Below are positions 8,944 through 18,582 of a stretch of DNA of 64,000 nucleotides, one piece after another. Within the stretch, counting starts at the first letter, position 1. Each line of letters opens with the position of its first letter. Both the position numbers and the translations under genes were made by a program. The DNA lies in NCBI GenBank assembly GCA_013813265.1, contig JACCRY010000075.1, positions 150 to 64,149 on the forward strand, in the 5' to 3' direction. The notes beneath the pieces were generated by a model that saw only the letters and a list, made by a program, of their open reading frames with translations, was not told the origin of the DNA and did not search any database. The DNA comes from Parachlamydiaceae bacterium (GTDB taxonomy: Bacteria > Chlamydiota > Chlamydiia > Chlamydiales > Parachlamydiaceae).

Positions 8944-11532
8944 ATGTTTGACAAGTTTACGAATCGAGCAAAGCAAGTCATTAAATTGGCAAAAAAAGAA
9001 GCTCAACGCTTAAATCACAACTACTTAGGCACAGAGCATGTACTTCTCGGCCTCCTAAAACTTGGTCAAGGCGTCGCTGTCAATGTCCTGCGCAATCTTA
9101 ACATCGATTTTGAAACAGTACGCAGCGAAGTTGAAAAGCTTGTTGGATACGGCCCTGAAATACAGGTGTATGGCGATCCTGCACTCACCGGGAAAGTAAA
9201 AAAAGTTTTTGAATTTGCAAATGAAGAAGCTGCCAATTTAAACCACAATTACGTAGGAACAGAGCATTTGCTTCTGGGCCTTTTACGCCAGACAGATGGT
9301 GTTGCAGCTCAAGTTCTTGAAAATCTAAATGTAAACCTCAAAGAAGTTCGTAAAGAAGTCCTCAAAGAACTGGAAACCTTCAATTTGCAATTGCCTCCGA
9401 TTGGAAGTCAAAATCCCCCTCCAGGATCTCCACCGCAAACACCTCCGACTAGTTCTCCAGGCAGTAAAACATATGAGAAAAACAACGGTGCTATATCTGA
9501 AAAAATGCCTGCTCTAAAAGCCTATGGCCACGATTTAACGGAAATGTGCCGTGAAGGTAAGATGGACCCGGTCATTGGCCGTAAAGAGGAAGTTGAGCGC
9601 CTGATCTTAATTCTATGCCGTCGACGTAAAAATAACCCTGTACTTGTTGGTGAAGCGGGAGTAGGTAAGACTGCTATTGTGGAAGGACTTGCCCAAGCAA
9701 TTGTCCGTGGAGAAGTCCCTGACAACCTCAGAAAGAAAAAACTTATCACGCTTGACCTAGCTTTGATGATCGCCGGGACGAAATATCGTGGTCAGTTTGA
9801 AGAACGTATCAAAGCCGTTATGGATGAGATTAAGAAAAATGGAAATATTCTATTATTTATTGATGAACTTCATACGATTGTAGGCGCCGGAGCAGCTGAA
9901 GGCGCTATTGACGCTTCCAACATCTTAAAGCCATCACTTTCCCGTGGTGAACTACAATGTATCGGTGCTACAACCATCGATGAATTCCGTAAACACATCG
10001 AAAAAGATGCAGCTTTAGAAAGACGCTTTCAAAAAATCATCGTTCAACCGCCCAGCGTCGATGAAACGATTGAAATTCTGCAGGGATTAAAAGCTAAGTA
10101 TGAAGAACATCATAAATGCTTTTATACACCCACTTCCTTAACTGCCGCAGCCGTCCTTTCCGATCGATATGTTCATGGACGCTTCCTTCCTGATAAAGCA
10201 ATTGATTTGATTGATGAGGCCGGGGCTAAAATGCGCATTGCAATGATGAATCAACCACAGGACATCACGCGCTACGAAACTGATATCGAAGAAGTTCGTA
10301 TTGCAAAAGAAGACGCCATCGGTAGGCAAGAATATGAAAAGGCGGCTAAGTTACGCGACAAAGAAAAAACTTTGCGTGAGCAACTTTTACAAATCCGTTC
10401 TGAGTGGGAAATCAATAAAAAGGAACATGAGGTGATTGTCGAAGATGAAGACATTGCTCAAGTTGTTTCAAGACAAACCGGTGTCCCATTGAGTCGATTG
10501 ACTGAAGGTGAGACGCAAAAAGTTCTTAAAATGGAAGAAATTTTACGTGAAAATATCATTGGTCAAGATGAAGCTTTAAGTACAATTTGCCGAGCTATAC
10601 GTCGCAGCCGTGCTGATATCAAAGACCCAAATCGACCAATCGGAGCTTTTCTTTTCTTAGGGCCTACAGGTGTTGGAAAAACTCTTTTAGCCCGTCTGCT
10701 AGCAATTCACATGTTTGGAGGCGAAGAGGCTTTAATCCAAGTGGACATGTCCGAGTATATGGAAAAATTTGCTGTTAGCCGCATGACAGGTTCTCCTCCT
10801 GGATATGTAGGACACGAAGAAGGTGGTCAACTGACAGAACAAGTTCGTCAACGACCTTATTCTGTTGTCCTCTTTGACGAAGTAGAAAAAGCACATCCTG
10901 ATGTTATCGATCTACTTTTACAGATTTTGGAAGAAGGGCGTCTTACAGATTCATTTGGACGAAAGATCGACTTTCGAAATACGATTGTGATCATGACTTC
11001 GAATTTAGGTGCAGATCTGATCAAAAAGAGCACGGAAGTCGGCTTTGGAGCCCAAGAAGGATCAATGGACCACGAGCATATCAAGACAAAGATCTTAGCG
11101 GCTGTGAAAAAGACCTTTAAGCCTGAATTTTTGAACCGCTTAAATGATGTGATCATCTTTAGACCATTAGAGCGTGATTCTCTCCTTCAAGTCATCAATA
11201 TCGAATTGAAAAAATTGCTTGCACGCTTATCAAAACGCAGTGTGTTTATAGAGCTAGACAACAAGGCCAAAGATTTTCTCGTTGACAAAGGCTTCCAACC
11301 TGAAATGGGAGCTCGTCCTTTGAGACGAACAATCGAACAATATCTTGAGGATCCACTTGCTGAGAAGGTGCTCATGCATCCTAACGAAGGAAGACGTTGC
11401 CTAGTGACTGTAGAAGATGACCACTTAATATTTATTGATCAAGAGGTCATACCTCTTCATGTACCGAAAGATAAAGACTCCAAACAAGAACTTCTTTCTG
11501 GTAGTAAAGTTAAAGCAAAAGGCAGTGAATAG
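8944..11532 (+). CDS. clpC: ATP-dependent Clp protease ATP-binding subunit ClpC
   Basis: 862 aa. Duplicated Clp_N repeats ([11 protein letters not shown] / [11 protein letters not shown]), two Walker A motifs ([16 protein letters not shown]), and a UVR-like [11 protein letters not shown] linker. Confidence 0.95.
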   Translation: MFDKFTNRAKQVIKLAKKEAQRLNHNYLGTEHVLLGLLKLGQGVAVNVLRNLNIDFETVRSEVEKLVGYGPEIQVYGDPALTGKVKKVFEFANEEAANLNHNYVGTEHLLLGLLRQTDGVAAQVLENLNVNLKEVRKEVLKELETFNLQLPPIGSQNPPPGSPPQTPPTSSPGSKTYEKNNGAISEKMPALKAYGHDLTEMCREGKMDPVIGRKEEVERLILILCRRRKNNPVLVGEAGVGKTAIVEGLAQAIVRGEVPDNLRKKKLITLDLALMIAGTKYRGQFEERIKAVMDEIKKNGNILLFIDELHTIVGAGAAEGAIDASNILKPSLSRGELQCIGATTIDEFRKHIEKDAALERRFQKIIVQPPSVDETIEILQGLKAKYEEHHKCFYTPTSLTAAAVLSDRYVHGRFLPDKAIDLIDEAGAKMRIAMMNQPQDITRYETDIEEVRIAKEDAIGRQEYEKAAKLRDKEKTLREQLLQIRSEWEINKKEHEVIVEDEDIAQVVSRQTGVPLSRLTEGETQKVLKMEEILRENIIGQDEALSTICRAIRRSRADIKDPNRPIGAFLFLGPTGVGKTLLARLLAIHMFGGEEALIQVDMSEYMEKFAVSRMTGSPPGYVGHEEGGQLTEQVRQRPYSVVLFDEVEKAHPDVIDLLLQILEEGRLTDSFGRKIDFRNTIVIMTSNLGADLIKKSTEVGFGAQEGSMDHEHIKTKILAAVKKTFKPEFLNRLNDVIIFRPLERDSLLQVINIELKKLLARLSKRSVFIELDNKAKDFLVDKGFQPEMGARPLRRTIEQYLEDPLAEKVLMHPNEGRRCLVTVEDDHLIFIDQEVIPLHVPKDKDSKQELLSGSKVKAKGSE

Positions 11533-11536
11533 AAGA

Positions 11537-12475
11537 ATGTCCATAATTCCTTTAACGCAGAAAAAGCGTGTCTTTCTGTATGCATTACTGATCGCACTCG
11601 CTTCTTTTGCAATGATTCGTCTTTACTATCGACTTACGGATGATTTTAGGCTTGCCAATATTACCGACACGTTGAATTACCGCCCAGAATGGGACGTTGA
11701 ACCGCCAACTCCGGCTGAAAAAGAAAAGATAGGCACCCTTCTTAAGCAGAAATATTTCTACATTGGAAAAGGGGCTCAATCCTATGCATTTAGCTCGGAA
11801 GATGGCCAGTATGTCCTTAAATTCTTTAAATTTAAGCACCTTAGACCTTCTCCTTTATATGACTGGATGCCTTCATGGATGCCATTTGAAAACTATCGTG
11901 CCAAACAAGATGCCCGTAAAAAGCGTAAGTTTGAGGGTGTTTTCTCAGGCTATCATCTTGCCTACGAAGTGAACCGAAATGAAAGCGGTCTTCTTTTTGT
12001 TCATTTAAACCGTACATTAGATCTTTTTCCCAAGGTTACAGCCGTTGATAAAATAGGACGAGAGCATTTGATAGATTTGGATGACGTGGCATTTTTAATC
12101 CAAGTAAAAGCCGAGACGATGCGTACCGTACTTCATCGACTATTGGAAGAGGGAGATATTGAACTTGCTAAGACACGGATTTCTCAGATTTTTGACCTTT
12201 ACGTCTCTGAATATAAAAAAGGAATTTTTGACCACGACCATGGGATTATGCATAATGCTGGGTTTGCTGAAAATCATCCGATTCATCTAGATGTGGGCAA
12301 GTTGAAAAAAGACGAGAACATGAAATCTGAGACTTACTATTCAGAGGATATTGCTTTGGTTGCACGTAGAATGGACAAATGGCTCAAGGAAAATGAGCCT
12401 AAAGATTACCCTGAGCTTGCTAAGCATATCGAAGCAAAGATCAGCAAAATCACGCAAGCACCTTTTAAACTTTGA
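11537..12475 (+). CDS. Membrane-anchored hypothetical protein with protein-kinase-like motifs
   Basis: The track ORF 11435.. overlaps the clpC end, so ATG 11537 (MSIIPLTQKK..) is the likely start. N-terminal TM, IGKGAQSYAF ... YVLKFFK (Gly-loop/Lys-like), then FDHDHGIMHNAGF and IHLDVGK. Confidence 0.5.
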   Translation: MSIIPLTQKKRVFLYALLIALASFAMIRLYYRLTDDFRLANITDTLNYRPEWDVEPPTPAEKEKIGTLLKQKYFYIGKGAQSYAFSSEDGQYVLKFFKFKHLRPSPLYDWMPSWMPFENYRAKQDARKKRKFEGVFSGYHLAYEVNRNESGLLFVHLNRTLDLFPKVTAVDKIGREHLIDLDDVAFLIQVKAETMRTVLHRLLEEGDIELAKTRISQIFDLYVSEYKKGIFDHDHGIMHNAGFAENHPIHLDVGKLKKDENMKSETYYSEDIALVARRMDKWLKENEPKDYPELAKHIEAKISKITQAPFKL

Positions 12476-12527
12476 GCCTACTTTAAGGCGCTAAGGAGCA
12501 AAGCAACCTGTAACTGGACACACTGAT

Positions 12528-12830
12528 CATGCTATTCATGTAAACGTTTTTTTAGTCGCGTGCTTCTTTCGCCGACTACCGCGGCTCTGCGTTTGTATCT
12601 CCAAACCCCGCGTTCCGCTATCGCTACACACGGGGCTTTTATGTTAAATCGCTTCCGCGATCCAAGGCAGTTCATATTGTTTAAGGACTTGTTTTCGATC
12701 GCGGAAGCGATTAAACGTAATAGCCCCGCGTGCAGCGTTAGCGGAACGTGGGGTTAGGATAATTTGAATAACATAGCTGCGGTAGCAGTGAAAGAAGCAC
12801 GCGTTTCAAAACGTTTACATGAATAGCATG
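12528..12830. repeat. 303-bp GC-rich imperfect palindrome
   Basis: Termini CATGCTATTCATGTAAACGTTT / AAACGTTTACATGAATAGCATG. Arms of about 135 nt pair along their length (CGCGTGCTTCTTTC/GAAAGAAGCACGCG; AACCCCGCGTTCCGCTA/TAGCGGAACGTGGGGTT; GCTTCCGCGATC/GATCGCGGAAGC). Confidence 0.9.
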
Positions 12831-12893
12831 GACGAGTTACGTTTTGGCTATACTCCACCCCTATGCACCACCGAACACAGGAATTCCCATCCA

Positions 12894-14534
12894 ATGGCCT
12901 CCACACTTCTAATTTTTCTATCACTTCTTCTTTCCTTTTCCACTCTGTATGGTTTTGAAGATTTCAATCTCGTCCCAGTTTCCTTCCAAGGACGCTTCAT
13001 GCCCGCAGAAAGCTACTCGAGGCAATGGCTCTATCAAAGAATTCATAACAGTGATTTACCGCCACTTGTACAGACTAGCTCTCAAATCCCTTTAGAATTT
13101 CTTTGGAATGTTTATTTTACAAGTCTAAAAAAAACGCAGCTGACTCAATCAGAAGAAGCACTAGCCCGCTCTTTTAATCAACTTATGAATTCGGAGCTAA
13201 CGTCCAAAGAAACAGCACTACAGCTTGAGCAACAACATCCACTCTTAACACGCTTAGCAGATTCCGGAATTCTATTTAAAGTATTACCAGGAAAATTTAA
13301 ACCAGGCGAATGGTATTCTTTGCTTGCCCTACATGCTACCACATACAATCCGAAAACTGAAAAGCTCGAACTTGTAAAAAATTTTACTTTATATCCGGAT
13401 TCGCTTTTTCAATCAATTCGAACAACCTATTTCCAGCTCGAAATAGCATTCGATGCAGACAATGCTACTGAAGTCTTTACCTTAAAAAAACAACTTGCAC
13501 ATCTCTTACTAGAAGGATATAAACTCCTCGCTAATCGTCCCTATCAAGAAGCACTCGGAAAAAAGCTCACATACCCATCTATGCTCCAACTTTATGCAGA
13601 AACTCTCTATGCCAGCTATCCCCTCACCCTTATTTGCATAGCAGGCTATGGTCTAACTCTCGCTTTTTTTATTTTAGCTCTTCTTCTCAATCGCCCTCTC
13701 TTTACTTCTGCAGCTTTTTTTCTTCTGGTCGCCACTTTCTGCCTACACACATTTATTTTAATTCTTCGCTGCTATATATTGGAACGCCCTCCAGTTTCAA
13801 ACATGCTTGAAACCATGCTGTATGTACCCTGGGTCACAGTTTTGATCAGCATTCTCTTAAGTTTAATTTTTTCGACGCCCTTCCTGTTAATTGCCTCATC
13901 ATCTGCCGCTCTCACTCTTCTAATCCTCTTACAATTGAATTTCCATACAAGCAGTTTTGAGAATGTTCAAGCTGTACTTGACTCACGCTACTGGCTCTTT
14001 ACACACGTTTTAATGGTCGTTGGGAGTTACGGTCTGTTCCTTTTAGGCAGCCTGTTAGGGCACCTCTATTTAGCAGGTCTTGCTTACTATAGGCAAGAAA
14101 TACCAACTTTGACCCTAATCGCCAATGCCCTTTTACAAGTCCTTTATCTAGGCGTTGCACTTTTAGTTGCGGGAACCTTGCTTGGTGGAGTTTGGGCAGC
14201 TCAAAGTTGGGGCCGTTTCTGGGACTGGGACCCTAAAGAATCTTGGGCTTTTATCTCAATCTGTATCTATCTGCTATGGATCCACGCTTATCGTTTCGGA
14301 AAGATTACTCATCTAGGACTATCTATAGGCTCGATTTTAGGTTTTTTGGCTATTAGTTTTACATGGTATGGCGTCAACTATATTTTAGGAACGGGGCTCC
14401 ACAGCTATGGCTTCGGAAATGGTGGCTCCTCTTTTTACTATGGATTTATATTTACCGAGCTGCTATTCTTAGCTGCTGTGCTTCGGTACCACCACTTGTC
14501 AAAAAGGATTGATAAGAAAAGGCCTACTTGTTAG
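12894..14534 (+). CDS. ccsA: Cytochrome c biogenesis protein, CcsA/ResC family (CcsB-like N-terminal part fused)
   Basis: Heme-handling WWD motif WGRFWDWDPKESW and many TM helices. The track start 12819 lies inside the palindrome arm. ATG 12894 (MASTLLIFLSLL, signal-like) is preferred but not proven. Confidence 0.75.
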   Translation: MASTLLIFLSLLLSFSTLYGFEDFNLVPVSFQGRFMPAESYSRQWLYQRIHNSDLPPLVQTSSQIPLEFLWNVYFTSLKKTQLTQSEEALARSFNQLMNSELTSKETALQLEQQHPLLTRLADSGILFKVLPGKFKPGEWYSLLALHATTYNPKTEKLELVKNFTLYPDSLFQSIRTTYFQLEIAFDADNATEVFTLKKQLAHLLLEGYKLLANRPYQEALGKKLTYPSMLQLYAETLYASYPLTLICIAGYGLTLAFFILALLLNRPLFTSAAFFLLVATFCLHTFILILRCYILERPPVSNMLETMLYVPWVTVLISILLSLIFSTPFLLIASSSAALTLLILLQLNFHTSSFENVQAVLDSRYWLFTHVLMVVGSYGLFLLGSLLGHLYLAGLAYYRQEIPTLTLIANALLQVLYLGVALLVAGTLLGGVWAAQSWGRFWDWDPKESWAFISICIYLLWIHAYRFGKITHLGLSIGSILGFLAISFTWYGVNYILGTGLHSYGFGNGGSSFYYGFIFTELLFLAAVLRYHHLSKRIDKKRPTC

Positions 14535-14623
14535 TAACTAGGGTATGGGCAAATAATTGCGTTTTTTTGGATTAAGAGAGACTCGCAGTATATTTCAAAT
14601 CTCTCTGGAAAAAGGAAATTAAG

Positions 14624-15097
14624 ATGAGACATGTTAAAAGTGAGCGACTGAAGAAGCTAGAATCTGAACTCTTGGATCTTCAACAATGGCTTAAATTGGG
14701 ACTTGTTCCAAAAAAAGACATAGAAAAGCACAAGGAAGAAATCATAGCAGTCCAAGCTAAGGTAGAAGAAGAGAAAGATAGACTCCAATTCTTAAAAGAA
14801 AGTGGAGAAATTGAAGAATACGTCACACCAAAACGTCCTACTACTCGTGCGGGTTATACAGAAATGCCTACGATCCCCGACATCGATATGACAGACACAG
14901 GTGGCGGTGTAAGCGAAACTGGTTTCGAGATGGAAACCGGTACGTCAGATCACGACGATGTTACAGGTGATGGACGTGAAGATACCGATGAAGAAAGTAA
15001 AGACGAAGAAGCCGAGGACGAAGAAGAGTCCTACTTCAGCGATCGCAACCGCTGGAAACGAGGTGGAATTGTCGATCCCGATGCTGATGATTGGTAA
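14624..15097 (+). CDS. Hypothetical coiled-coil protein with a strongly acidic C-terminal half
   Basis: 157 aa. Helical N-terminus, Asp/Glu-rich tail ending RWKRGGIVDPDADDW. The 3-prime end overlaps the hemW start. Confidence 0.5.
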   Translation: MRHVKSERLKKLESELLDLQQWLKLGLVPKKDIEKHKEEIIAVQAKVEEEKDRLQFLKESGEIEEYVTPKRPTTRAGYTEMPTIPDIDMTDTGGGVSETGFEMETGTSDHDDVTGDGREDTDEESKDEEAEDEEESYFSDRNRWKRGGIVDPDADDW

Positions 15098-16238
15098 AGA
15101 TCAGTCTATAAGTCTATATTTTCATATCCCCTTCTGTTCTCGCAAATGTGATTATTGTCATTTTTATGTACTCCCAGACAAGGCCCCTCTTAAAGTCCTT
15201 CTGATGGAAGGATTGAGGCTTGAATGGGAGTACATTAAGCCACTTCTTATCGAAAAAAAAATCGTTTCAATTTATTTTGGCGGTGGCACGCCCTACTTGC
15301 TTGGGGCTGCTGCAATTGCAGAGATCATTCAATGGGTCGCCTCCATAGTTCCACAAGGCGTCATTTCTTCCATGGAAATCACTCTTGAAGCTAATCCTGA
15401 AAATATTGAAATTGACACCTTAAAAGAATTCTATGGAGCAGGTATTAATCGCTTAAGTATCGGATTACAATCTCTTGATGATACCCAACTAACAATATTA
15501 AGCCGTCAGCATTCAGCGAAAAAGGGCCTTGACGCCATTTCAATGGCCTATGATGTAGGCTTTAAAAATATCTCAATCGACCTGATGTACGATCTTCCAA
15601 ATCAAACTCTTGCAAGTTGGCAACGTACTGTAAAACGCGCCTCTAGCTTGCCCATCAAACATTTATCACTTTACAATTTGACAATCGAACCTCATACCGC
15701 ATTCTTTAAATATCGAAAAAAGCTTGAAGAACAGCTTCCTGATGGAGAAACCAGCAAAGCAATGTATGAAACTGCTTGCTCGCACTTTGAAGCTTCAGGT
15801 CTACGTCAATACGAAATTTCAGCTTTTGCAAAGGAAGGCCAGATCGCCCGACATAATAGCGGCTACTGGACAGGCCGCCCTTTTTGGGGGCTTGGGCCTT
15901 CTGCTTTTAGTTATTGGGATGGGCGCCGATTTTCCAACAGCGCCAATCTCTCGAAGTATACGCAAGCTTTGCGTACTGGAAACTCCCCTATCGATTTCAG
16001 TGAAGAGCTGTCCCCTATCGCAAGACGACGCGAACTCCTAGCCATCGGGCTACGCCTTTTTAAAGGCGTTGATCTAGTCGCCTTTGAACTTCAACATGGT
16101 TCTCTAGACCTTCCTTGCAAAGATCTTTTAGCTAAGCTAAAAGCGGAAGGCTACTTAGGCTCGGAAGATTCGCGATGGTTTCTCCCCAAAAAGGGCATCC
16201 TTTTTTATGATAGCGTAGCAACCGAACTTGTTTTATAA
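15081..16238 (+). CDS. hemW: Radical SAM heme chaperone HemW / HemN-like
   Basis: CxxxCxxC cluster (FCSRKCDYCHFY) right after the proposed start MLMIGKDQSISLYFHIP. About 385 aa. The track ORF 14958.. is an over-extension into the previous gene. Confidence 0.85.
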   Translation: MLMIGKDQSISLYFHIPFCSRKCDYCHFYVLPDKAPLKVLLMEGLRLEWEYIKPLLIEKKIVSIYFGGGTPYLLGAAAIAEIIQWVASIVPQGVISSMEITLEANPENIEIDTLKEFYGAGINRLSIGLQSLDDTQLTILSRQHSAKKGLDAISMAYDVGFKNISIDLMYDLPNQTLASWQRTVKRASSLPIKHLSLYNLTIEPHTAFFKYRKKLEEQLPDGETSKAMYETACSHFEASGLRQYEISAFAKEGQIARHNSGYWTGRPFWGLGPSAFSYWDGRRFSNSANLSKYTQALRTGNSPIDFSEELSPIARRRELLAIGLRLFKGVDLVAFELQHGSLDLPCKDLLAKLKAEGYLGSEDSRWFLPKKGILFYDSVATELVL

Positions 16239-16268
16239 CAGAAATTTGGACTCCTCGTCCTTACTTAA

Positions 16269-16820
16269 GAACAAGAGTTTGTAAAGAGTTCTTTAGGAGA
16301 AGGAAAGTTAGCAATTGATCTAGGATCTGGTAACAGTCCAGCTATTAAAGACCTTTTACAAAGAGGATGGCGCGTCATTGCAGTCGATAGTTCCCGGGCC
16401 ACTCTCGCAATTCTAGAAAAACAGTTCAAAGGGGAGATTAATTTAGGTAAGCTAAGTCTCATCGAAAAAGATGTAGCAACTTTTACTCCTTTAGAATCGG
16501 CTGATCTTGTTATAGCAGCTGACATTTTCCCTTATATTAACCCCTCTAAATTCGAGAACTTGTGGAATAGGATTCACGACACTTTTATCAAAGAGAACGG
16601 TTTCCTTATTGGAAATTTTTTCCGCGTTACAAATGCGACACCCGAAATAAATGCTTTGAAAGAGATGGGAGCATGGTTTCTTCCTGACAGACGTATGGTA
16701 AGACCACTTTTGACAAATCAAGGGTATGAGATTATTAAATGTACTTTTAGAAAAGACCAACCAAACAACGACCCAATATGTATACAATTCATTGCTAAAA
16801 AAACTTTCGGCAGCAAATAA
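16269..16820 (+). pseudogene. Class I SAM-dependent methyltransferase lacking a canonical start codon (truncated or non-canonical start)
   Basis: The frame is open from 16269 and encodes motif I LAIDLGSGNS, RVIAVDSS and LVIAADIF. No in-frame ATG/GTG/TTG occurs before TTG 16560, where the track ORF starts. Confidence 0.55.
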
Positions 16821-16845
16821 TTCCTCTAAGCTAATCTTTAGTTAT

Positions 16846-16882
16846 TTTTCAGCTATACTCCCGTAGGTGGTATAGCTGAAAA
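16846..16882. terminator. 13-bp stem hairpin between convergent genes
   Basis: TTTTCAGCTATAC-(11 nt)-GTATAGCTGAAAA between the methyltransferase stop (16820) and the kinase stop (16964). No trailing U-tract. Confidence 0.35.
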
Positions 16883-16963
16883 TATGCGAGCAGCCATGAT
16901 ATCCCAAAAACCCCTCATCTTTTTCTTGAGTGATCAAATAGATGGTAGATCCACAAGTCTTTT

Positions 16964-18487
16964 TTATGCAGTACGAGTCAAATTTCTTATAATTTCCTCA
17001 TACCTTGGTATTATATCTTCAAGAGATTTCGTTCTTGTATCGTCACCATCACCTACTTTAGCTCGAGTCATTTCTAATAAAAGATCTTCCAACTCGTTGA
17101 TTTGTTTTTCAGACTTTGGATATTCTGCAGACAACCGCTTTATAAGGGCGCCTATATACATATCCGTTTGAGCTTGAGCTTCATGTAGTTCTGTCGTGTT
17201 TGATTTTCCGATATTTGAATTTAATTTATTTTTAATTTCTTTCCCCAAAATCTTCACTTTTTTATTGAATGTAGAATTGTCTGTTTGAAGACATTTTTTA
17301 TTTAAAAGGAGAAATTTTTCTATTCCAAATCTTCCCACAGTATTGGCTTTTGGGTCATTAACGAATTTTTCTGTAGGTATAAGCATATCTTTTCCATCTA
17401 TTTTTAACAATTCTCCTTCTAGAGTATTAATAATCAATATTGCTGTTGTGTAAATTTCACCACTATGACTAAGGTTTCCTTCAGGAGCAGCGAATCGAGG
17501 ATTTCCTACAAAAATGCCTTTTTCACCAGCTTTCATTTTTTGTGTTTTTCCTAAATCTGCTATGCGACCTGTCAATTCGCCATTTTTACCTTGGACAAGC
17601 AATACATTATCATTTTTTCCATCTCCATGCACATATCCAGCCTTGTGTAAATTAGACATACCTTTAACGATGTGAAGGCCAATTTTTAAGCTTTCAGGGA
17701 ATTTAAGCGTTCCTTCTTGAATCGCATGTTTAAGATCTTTTGCCTTTGAAGTTTTAACAGTATACTCGCCATTTTTTTGAGATTCAGAATTTTTCATAAC
17801 ATCCATATCTGTAACTATGTATTTTTCGTCTTCAACAGGAGAAGGCATCTTCTTTAATATTTTACTTATATCTAATCCAATCTCCAATTCATCTGAAATC
17901 TCTTTCTTTCTAAGAAATTTAGTAAGAAAATCTCCTCCCACAGGAGCATAATAGACATTTTTACTATTAAAATTATGATTAAGGGTTATATCACCTTTAA
18001 TTTCATACTCCACAAATACCATTTTTGCTTTCCCCTGGGCAATTTGTTTAAAAACGACTTGCGATCGATTTATACCCTTAATTGCCATAGCTGATAGATC
18101 AATACCTCTTTCAAGATTTTCGATTCGACGTTTGTTAGCTGGATCAGGTGTTTTCTCTAATTCCATTATTGCTTTAAATTTGATGTCAATGTCTTTTTGA
18201 AATACTGCAATTTGTTTATTATTAGCTCTCTCAGTTTGTATATCTTTTATTTGAGAAAAAATTTCTTTAACGCCTTTTTTGGAAGAGTCCAACTTTTTTA
18301 TAGCGTAGTTTTTACTTGCATTAATAATTTTCGTTGGAAGCTCTAAGATTTTTTTTGCAACAGCATTTGTATTAGAATTTATCCCCTTAGGGGGGGGTGA
18401 TGCTTCACTCTTCTTATCCACCTCACGCGGAAAAGCGAAAGTTTCTATGAAATTAGTAAAATTATTATTTATTCGTTCTAATGGCAT
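16964..18487 (-). CDS. Eukaryotic-like (Hanks-type) Ser/Thr protein kinase domain protein
   Basis: 507 aa. Catalytic loop YVHGDGKNDNVLL, DFG-equivalent IADLGKT, and APE motif RFAAPEG. The N-terminal ~250 aa are unassigned. Confidence 0.7.
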   Translation of the reverse strand: MPLERINNNFTNFIETFAFPREVDKKSEASPPPKGINSNTNAVAKKILELPTKIINASKNYAIKKLDSSKKGVKEIFSQIKDIQTERANNKQIAVFQKDIDIKFKAIMELEKTPDPANKRRIENLERGIDLSAMAIKGINRSQVVFKQIAQGKAKMVFVEYEIKGDITLNHNFNSKNVYYAPVGGDFLTKFLRKKEISDELEIGLDISKILKKMPSPVEDEKYIVTDMDVMKNSESQKNGEYTVKTSKAKDLKHAIQEGTLKFPESLKIGLHIVKGMSNLHKAGYVHGDGKNDNVLLVQGKNGELTGRIADLGKTQKMKAGEKGIFVGNPRFAAPEGNLSHSGEIYTTAILIINTLEGELLKIDGKDMLIPTEKFVNDPKANTVGRFGIEKFLLLNKKCLQTDNSTFNKKVKILGKEIKNKLNSNIGKSNTTELHEAQAQTDMYIGALIKRLSAEYPKSEKQINELEDLLLEMTRAKVGDGDDTRTKSLEDIIPRYEEIIRNLTRTA

Positions 18488-18582
18488 AAATAATCACCGC
18501 TATTAACTAATCTATACAAATTTATTGTATCATAGCGATAATAAATTTACAAATTTTTAGTAGTATAACGATATCTGAACAT

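Noticed and set aside
9066-11375. Six antisense ORFs of 60-99 aa inside clpC; similar antisense or alternate-frame ORFs inside rseP, tamB, tamA, acs, dnaJ, fumC, the corC genes, rny, the GT92 gene (33303..33806) and the Inc-like genes
   Set aside because: They are shadow frames of well-supported genes, with no motifs and biased low-complexity composition.
16265-16787. Two minus-strand ORFs (16265..16525, 16491..16787)
   Set aside because: They lie antisense to a plus-strand frame that carries clear SAM-methyltransferase motifs.
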